A stretch of 64,000 nucleotides of DNA from Candidatus Bathyarchaeia archaeon. Lineage in GTDB: Archaea; Thermoproteota; Bathyarchaeia; Bathyarchaeales; Bathycorpusculaceae. Location: NCBI GenBank assembly GCA_049969855.1, contig JBMFOB010000003.1:26524-90523 (forward strand). Reading direction: 5' to 3'. Under the pieces are notes generated by a model. The model had not been told where the DNA came from. It saw only the letters and a list, made by a program, of their open reading frames with translations, and searched no databases. A program made the position numbers and the translations under genes. Positions 59,174-64,000 of the stretch are shown piece by piece; the first letter of the stretch is position 1, and the number at the start of each line of letters is the position of its first letter.

Positions 59174-60955
59174 ATGTCTATTCGTCAGCCTATTGTTTGT
59201 GTTCTTGGGCATGTGGATACTGGTAAGACTTTGCTTTTGGACAAAATTCGCAAAACAAGCGTTCAAGCCCGCGAGGCTGGTGGGATTACGCAGCACATTG
59301 GCGCAAGTTTCTTTCCTGTTGATACGCTTAAGCAGCTTGTTGGTCCATTGTTGTCTATGGTTAAGGGCGAATTGGAGATTCCTGGTTTGCTTGTTATTGA
59401 CACTCCTGGGCATGAAGCGTTTACGAATTTGCGTAAGCGGGGCGGAAGCGTCGCTGACATAGCCATTCTTGTCATTGACATTTTGAGGGGTTTTGAGGCT
59501 CAAACTTATGAGTGTATTGAGATACTGAAGGCTCGGAAGACGCCTTTTTTGGTGGCTGCAAACAAGATAGACCGCATTCCGGGATGGAATTCTTATCCGG
59601 ACACGCCTTTTTTGAAGGCTTATCAGATGCAGGATACTTATGTGAAGCAGGATTTGGATAATAGATTATATGATATTATTGGGGTTTTTTCGCGTCAAGG
59701 TTTTAGAGCGGACCGTTTCGACCGCATAAAGGATTTTACGAAAACTGTGGCTATTGTGCCTACAAGCGCAAAAACTGGCGAGGGCATAACGGAGCTTCTT
59801 ATGGTTTTGGTTGGTTTGACGCAGCAATTTTTGAAGAAGGAACTGCAGACAACGCGAGGACCAGCGAAGGGCACGGTTTTGGAGGTTAAGGAAGAACCGG
59901 GCTTGGGTTTGACGCTTAACACAATTGTTTATGATGGAATATTGCGCAAGGATGATTTGATTGTTGTTGGCGGTAAGGAAAAGCCTATTGTGACGCGGAT
60001 TAGGGCGATTTTGGTTCCTAAACCTTTGGATGAGATTAGGGATCCGCGGGACAGGTTTTCTTCTGTGGATTCTGTTTCTGCTGCGGCTGGGGTGAAGATT
60101 GTGGCGCCTGGTTTGGAGGGGGCTTTGGCTGGGGCGCCCTTATATGCTGTTGGCGAAGGGGATAAGGCTGAGGATTATGTTAGGCTTGTTTCTGAGGAAA
60201 TTGAGCGTATTCGGATTGCGACTGACGTTGAAGGCGTCGTTTTGAAGGCGGATACATTGGGGTCTTTGGAGGCTATTGCCGAAAACCTAAAGCGTAATAA
60301 TGTGCCCGTTCGGTTGGCGGATGTGGGAGATGTTTCGAAACGGGATGTTACTGAGGCTTCTGTTGTTAGGGAACATGAGCCTTATTATGGGGTTGTTTTG
60401 GCTTTTAACGTTAAGGTTTTGCCAGACGCTCAAGAAGAAGCAAATGCTAAGGGTGTTCAGATTTTCCAGGAAAAAATAATTTACCATTTGATAGATAATT
60501 ATTTGTCTTGGCTTAAAAATCAACGGGAAGCAAAGATTGAACAGGAATTTGCGAATCTGGTTAAACCAGCCAAGATTCAAATTATGGAAGGCTATGTTTT
60601 CAGAAGAGCGAAGCCAGCAATAGTTGGCGTGGAAGTTTTGGCGGGAAAAATTAAGCCTAAACTTGCACTTGTAAGGGCTGAGGATGGCGAGGAGGTTGGC
60701 GAAATACAGCAGATTCAAGAGAAGGGCAAAGCGTTATCAGAAGCCAGTAAGGGGATGCAAGTAGCCATAAGCCTTGACAAGCCTATGGTGGGTAGGCACA
60801 TTTTTGAGAAGGATATTTTGTATGTGAAAGTGCCAGAACAGCATGTGAAGGCTTTGCAGACAATGTTTATGGAAAAATTGAGTGCGGAGGAGCAGGAAGC
60901 ATTAAACGAATACATAAACATAATGAAAAAGAAAACACCATACTGGACAGCGTAG
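59174..60955 (+). CDS. infB: Translation initiation factor aIF5B (IF2)
   Basis: RQPIVCVLGHVDTGKT, EAGGITQHIGA, DTPGHEAF, NKID. Confidence 0.97.
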   Translation: MSIRQPIVCVLGHVDTGKTLLLDKIRKTSVQAREAGGITQHIGASFFPVDTLKQLVGPLLSMVKGELEIPGLLVIDTPGHEAFTNLRKRGGSVADIAILVIDILRGFEAQTYECIEILKARKTPFLVAANKIDRIPGWNSYPDTPFLKAYQMQDTYVKQDLDNRLYDIIGVFSRQGFRADRFDRIKDFTKTVAIVPTSAKTGEGITELLMVLVGLTQQFLKKELQTTRGPAKGTVLEVKEEPGLGLTLNTIVYDGILRKDDLIVVGGKEKPIVTRIRAILVPKPLDEIRDPRDRFSSVDSVSAAAGVKIVAPGLEGALAGAPLYAVGEGDKAEDYVRLVSEEIERIRIATDVEGVVLKADTLGSLEAIAENLKRNNVPVRLADVGDVSKRDVTEASVVREHEPYYGVVLAFNVKVLPDAQEEANAKGVQIFQEKIIYHLIDNYLSWLKNQREAKIEQEFANLVKPAKIQIMEGYVFRRAKPAIVGVEVLAGKIKPKLALVRAEDGEEVGEIQQIQEKGKALSEASKGMQVAISLDKPMVGRHIFEKDILYVKVPEQHVKALQTMFMEKLSAEEQEALNEYINIMKKKTPYWTA

Positions 60956-60957
60956 CC

Positions 60958-61539
60958 TTACATTTTGAAACATAACGTTAAGATGCCGTCCAAACAAAGT
61001 GGCGAAAGTTTACCTTCAGATTTTTCCTTAACACAAAGTCTTTTAATGTCGCATTGAGGGCAAATTATTTCTCTGATTTTGTTAGCATCTAAATCTAGCA
61101 AGTTCTTCTCTTTCAGAACTTCATAAACTAGTTTGAGATATTTGCCTTCAGCAATTCTTGGCACTTCATATTTAGCTCCTTCCAATCCCTTCTTAACTGT
61201 CCAAAATTCATAAAGTCTTTTGGAACCTTTGGACGAATTACACTCTTTACACACCCAGATAACATTCTTCTCATCTTCGGGTCCATTAAAACAGCGAGGC
61301 AGCATATGGTCTATGGTTAAGTTTGTTTTAGCTCCACAGAAAATGCATTCATCCTTACTTTCCCTTTCCTTCACATACTCTCTAATTTCATTCCAGAAAA
61401 TTTCGCCAGCCTTAAGCTCTTGAAACTTTTTCATCACAAAACCATAGTTCTTTTTCCCAAAACCCGCTGATTCAGCAATTATTTTTGCATACTGCCAAAA
61501 AATTAAATCTCTAACGGTCTTAACCACTGGTGGAGGCAT
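60958..61539 (-). CDS. HNH endonuclease-domain protein
   Basis: CIFC...TIDHMLP...G....N...VCKECNSSKG; extra C-terminal cysteines. Confidence 0.8.
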   Translation of the reverse strand: MPPPVVKTVRDLIFWQYAKIIAESAGFGKKNYGFVMKKFQELKAGEIFWNEIREYVKERESKDECIFCGAKTNLTIDHMLPRCFNGPEDEKNVIWVCKECNSSKGSKRLYEFWTVKKGLEGAKYEVPRIAEGKYLKLVYEVLKEKNLLDLDANKIREIICPQCDIKRLCVKEKSEGKLSPLCLDGILTLCFKM

Positions 61540-61587
61540 ATTCTCCCCTTAAAATTGTGAATGCCTTGGTAGATTTATATTTTAACC

Positions 61588-62700
61588 TCATGAAAGTAGG
61601 TGTATGTTTCCTATTCGTGTGTTTTTTAGGTGTTTTTCCGCTGCCTTTTGACATTCCAAAGCCTGTTTTCGGGTTGTTGTTGGCAAATCATTCATCACAT
61701 AACATGGATAAAAAGCCAAAAGCGTATACGGAATATTCGGGTTTATCTGGCTTATGAATTTAGCAATATTTTCAACCTCTTCAGCATCCACATAACCAGG
61801 CACAAGCAAAGTACTAGCCGTAAGCATGGGCAATTCTTCACGCTTACCGTAATATTTCTCTCCAATCAAACGAAAATTCTCCAAAGAAGGCTTGTTAGAT
61901 ACTCCGCAGAGCGCAATCGCCAACTCTTCATTATACGCTTTTAAATCAAATTTTATGTTGCCACCACTCTCCAAAGCGTATTCCGCAGCCCTCTCAGCCA
62001 ACTTCGGATTCATACAGCCATTAGTTTCCCAACAAACACGCAAAATACGATTTTCAGCCCTCGCCTTTTCTAAGGCTAAGCGACTAACCTCCAATGAATG
62101 AGGCATCTGAGGCGAAGGGTCGCCACCAAAATAGCAAATACAAGAAACATGCTTATCCACACGGGCGGCTAGGGCTTCAGCACTCATAACAGGCTTGTGT
62201 TTGGCTGATAGGTTGCGGTAATGCCAATTCTGACAGAAGAGGCAATCAAAACTGCAAGCGCCATAAAAAACAGCCAAATTCGCATAACCATACTCTGCAG
62301 AAGGCTTATACGCATACCGCGGATAACCAGCACCAGTACACCCCGGACAAAACCACCAGCTTACACAGTTGGTTGGCAAACCATCATAATACCACTCCAA
62401 AACGCCTTGCTCGGCGGTTCCGCCGAAACGAACCAAACGCCCGCCAACATTCCAAACCAAACCACAAAACCCACAACCGCCAACACCAATAACACAATTG
62501 TTAGCGCAGACGCCACAAGCAAGCCCACCCTCATCCTTCGGCGGCTTAGAAGGCAAACCATAAAAGGCTCGACTCTTCGCATGCACTTCATCAGTAATCA
62601 AAAGCGCCTCTTCAGGCTTCTCCCGTATACACTTGAGACAGACGCCCAAATTCTCCGATATCGTAAGCGCCCTTTCACCACAAACCCTACATCTACCCAT
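61588..62700 (-). CDS. Radical SAM protein (PFL-activating-enzyme-like)
   Basis: CSFDCLFCQNW (CxxxCxxC), FGGDP, ETNG, FDLKA, GNIHLL; N-terminal Cys clusters. Confidence 0.9.
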   Translation of the reverse strand: MGRCRVCGERALTISENLGVCLKCIREKPEEALLITDEVHAKSRAFYGLPSKPPKDEGGLACGVCANNCVIGVGGCGFCGLVWNVGGRLVRFGGTAEQGVLEWYYDGLPTNCVSWWFCPGCTGAGYPRYAYKPSAEYGYANLAVFYGACSFDCLFCQNWHYRNLSAKHKPVMSAEALAARVDKHVSCICYFGGDPSPQMPHSLEVSRLALEKARAENRILRVCWETNGCMNPKLAERAAEYALESGGNIKFDLKAYNEELAIALCGVSNKPSLENFRLIGEKYYGKREELPMLTASTLLVPGYVDAEEVENIAKFISQINPNIPYTLLAFYPCYVMNDLPTTTRKQALECQKAAEKHLKNTRIGNIHLLS

Positions 62701-62796
62701 AACAAACTCAAAAATAAAACTAGGCAAAACAAGCCTAAAAACCTAGAGGGAGGGGGTAGAGAAAATGAAACTGAAAAACAGCCCAAATTCCTAAGC

Positions 62797-63090
62797 TCAT
62801 CCGCCGCCAACAGGTGGAATTATCGCCAAAACATCCCCATCAGAAAGCTCCGTTTCCAAACCCTTAAGAGTGGAAGCGCTTCTGCCATTAACGAGAAACT
62901 GCAAAAAACCCTTAACATCACCAGTCTTACTATCATAAAGATAATCAACAAAATCCTTTCCATAACGCTCACTTAACCGCTTAAGCACAGTATCCACAGT
63001 AACCCTTTCACTATCAGAAAACTCCAAAGTCTCTTCGCGTTTCCCAACAATCTCTCTAAGGCTTGTGAAGAAGCGTACTGAAACCCGCAT
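62797..63090 (-). CDS. MoaD/ThiS/SAMP ubiquitin-like sulfur carrier
   Basis: VRFF..LRE..G, LVNGR, L.DGD.LAIIPPVGGG C-terminus. Confidence 0.92.
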   Translation of the reverse strand: MRVSVRFFTSLREIVGKREETLEFSDSERVTVDTVLKRLSERYGKDFVDYLYDSKTGDVKGFLQFLVNGRSASTLKGLETELSDGDVLAIIPPVGGG

Positions 63091-63172
63091 GGCAAACCAC
63101 CAATAATCAAGATTTAGCAAGCCAAAATTTAAACTGTTACACAAGTGGATTAGCAAAGGCGAAAACAAAAGT

Positions 63173-63196
63173 AAAAGTTTATATTTTAGTGCTTTT
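63173..63196 (+). promoter_or_regulatory. BRE/TATA promoter element of thermosome gene 2
   Basis: AAAAGTTTATATTTTAGTGCTTTT; 22/24 identical to 44487-44510. Confidence 0.7.
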
Positions 63197-63247
63197 TTGC
63201 TTATCGGAATAGCTAAAATAACATTCTAACAAAATGGAGGAATTTGT

Positions 63248-64000
63248 ATGGCATACTTAACAACAACCCAGTCGGGACAACCAGTCCTCATACTAAAAGA
63301 AGGCACAACACGCAGCAAAGGAAGAGAAGCCCAAAGAAACAACATAATGGCAGCCCGCATCATAGGCGAAGTCCTAAAAACCACCCTTGGACCACGAGGC
63401 ATGGACAAAATGCTCATCGACAGCCTCGGCGACATAACAATAACCAACGACGGCGCCGCAATCCTAGACGAAATAGAAGTGGAACACCCAGCAGCAAAAA
63501 TGATGGTGGAAATCGCAAAAACCCAAGACGACATGGTAGGCGACGGAACAACAACCGCCGTAGTCCTAGCAGGCGAATTACTCAAAAAAGCAGAAGAACT
63601 CTTAGACCAGAACATTCACCCAACAATAATAGTAAGCGGATACAGAAAAGCAGCCCAAAAAGCAGTGGAAATAATAAACAAAATCGCCACACCAGTAGAC
63701 ATCGAAGACAGAGAAACCCTAAAAAAGGTTGCATTAACCTCAATGGCAAGCAAAGCAGTCGGCCCAGCAAGAGAACATTTAGCAGAAATAGCCATAGACG
63801 CCGTCAAACAAATAGCAGAAAAACGTGGAGAAAGAAGAATAGCGGATATAGACAACATACAAATAATAAAGAAAACAGGAAAAAGCCTCCTTGAGTCGCA
63901 ACTAGTAAAAGGCTTAATAATAGACAAAGAAGTTGTCCACCCAGGAATGCCCAAAAAACTGGAAAACGCAAAAATCGCCTTACTAGACTGCCCACTAGAA
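63248..64000 (+). CDS. ths: Second thermosome subunit (partial, runs off window)
   Basis: [19 protein letters not shown]...[22 protein letters not shown]; not in ORF track because it has no stop. Confidence 0.96.
   Translation, partial: MAYLTTTQSGQPVLILKEGTTRSKGREAQRNNIMAARIIGEVLKTTLGPRGMDKMLIDSLGDITITNDGAAILDEIEVEHPAAKMMVEIAKTQDDMVGDGTTTAVVLAGELLKKAEELLDQNIHPTIIVSGYRKAAQKAVEIINKIATPVDIEDRETLKKVALTSMASKAVGPAREHLAEIAIDAVKQIAEKRGERRIADIDNIQIIKKTGKSLLESQLVKGLIIDKEVVHPGMPKKLENAKIALLDCPLE

Noticed and set aside
62221-63894. Long alternative ORFs 62221..62976 and 63244..63894
   Set aside because: Shadow frames produced by A/C skew over the radical SAM, MoaD and thermosome genes
1-64000. CRISPR arrays, tRNA/rRNA genes, transposases, integrases, inteins
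   Set aside because: No spaced repeats or cloverleaf motifs seen; PolB, TopA, aIF5B and Top6 are of normal length

Overview
Archaeal chromosomal window with roughly 40% GC by eye. Gene content (crenarchaeal-type PolB1, exosome superoperon, TackOD1 protein, AglB, two thermosome subunits) fits Thermoproteota and most likely Bathyarchaeia; this assignment is inference. The window is mostly housekeeping: exosome/KEOPS/prefoldin operon, ECF module, a type IV pilus-like locus, MoeA pair, PolB, N-glycosylation genes, TopA, RadB, hut genes, ABCE1, Topo VI and aIF5B. No rRNA, tRNA, CRISPR or transposase was recognised. Several features are absent from the ORF track: (1) a structured 5' leader with an anti-Shine-Dalgarno switch in front of queT, a candidate archaeal preQ0/preQ1 riboswitch; (2) a 25-aa (EEEEW)n micropeptide with a strong SD upstream of ABCE1; (3) ribosomal protein eL41 and two small Zn-finger genes; (4) a C/D-box sRNA candidate. 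Also notable are eukaryote-like OSTC/DC2 and PAC4 homologues, a giant pilin with apparently nested domain insertions, a homopolymer-frameshifted PIG-V-like glycosyltransferase, several apparent near-cognate start codons, and a 24-bp promoter element shared by both thermosome genes. All family calls come from motif recognition, not database searches.
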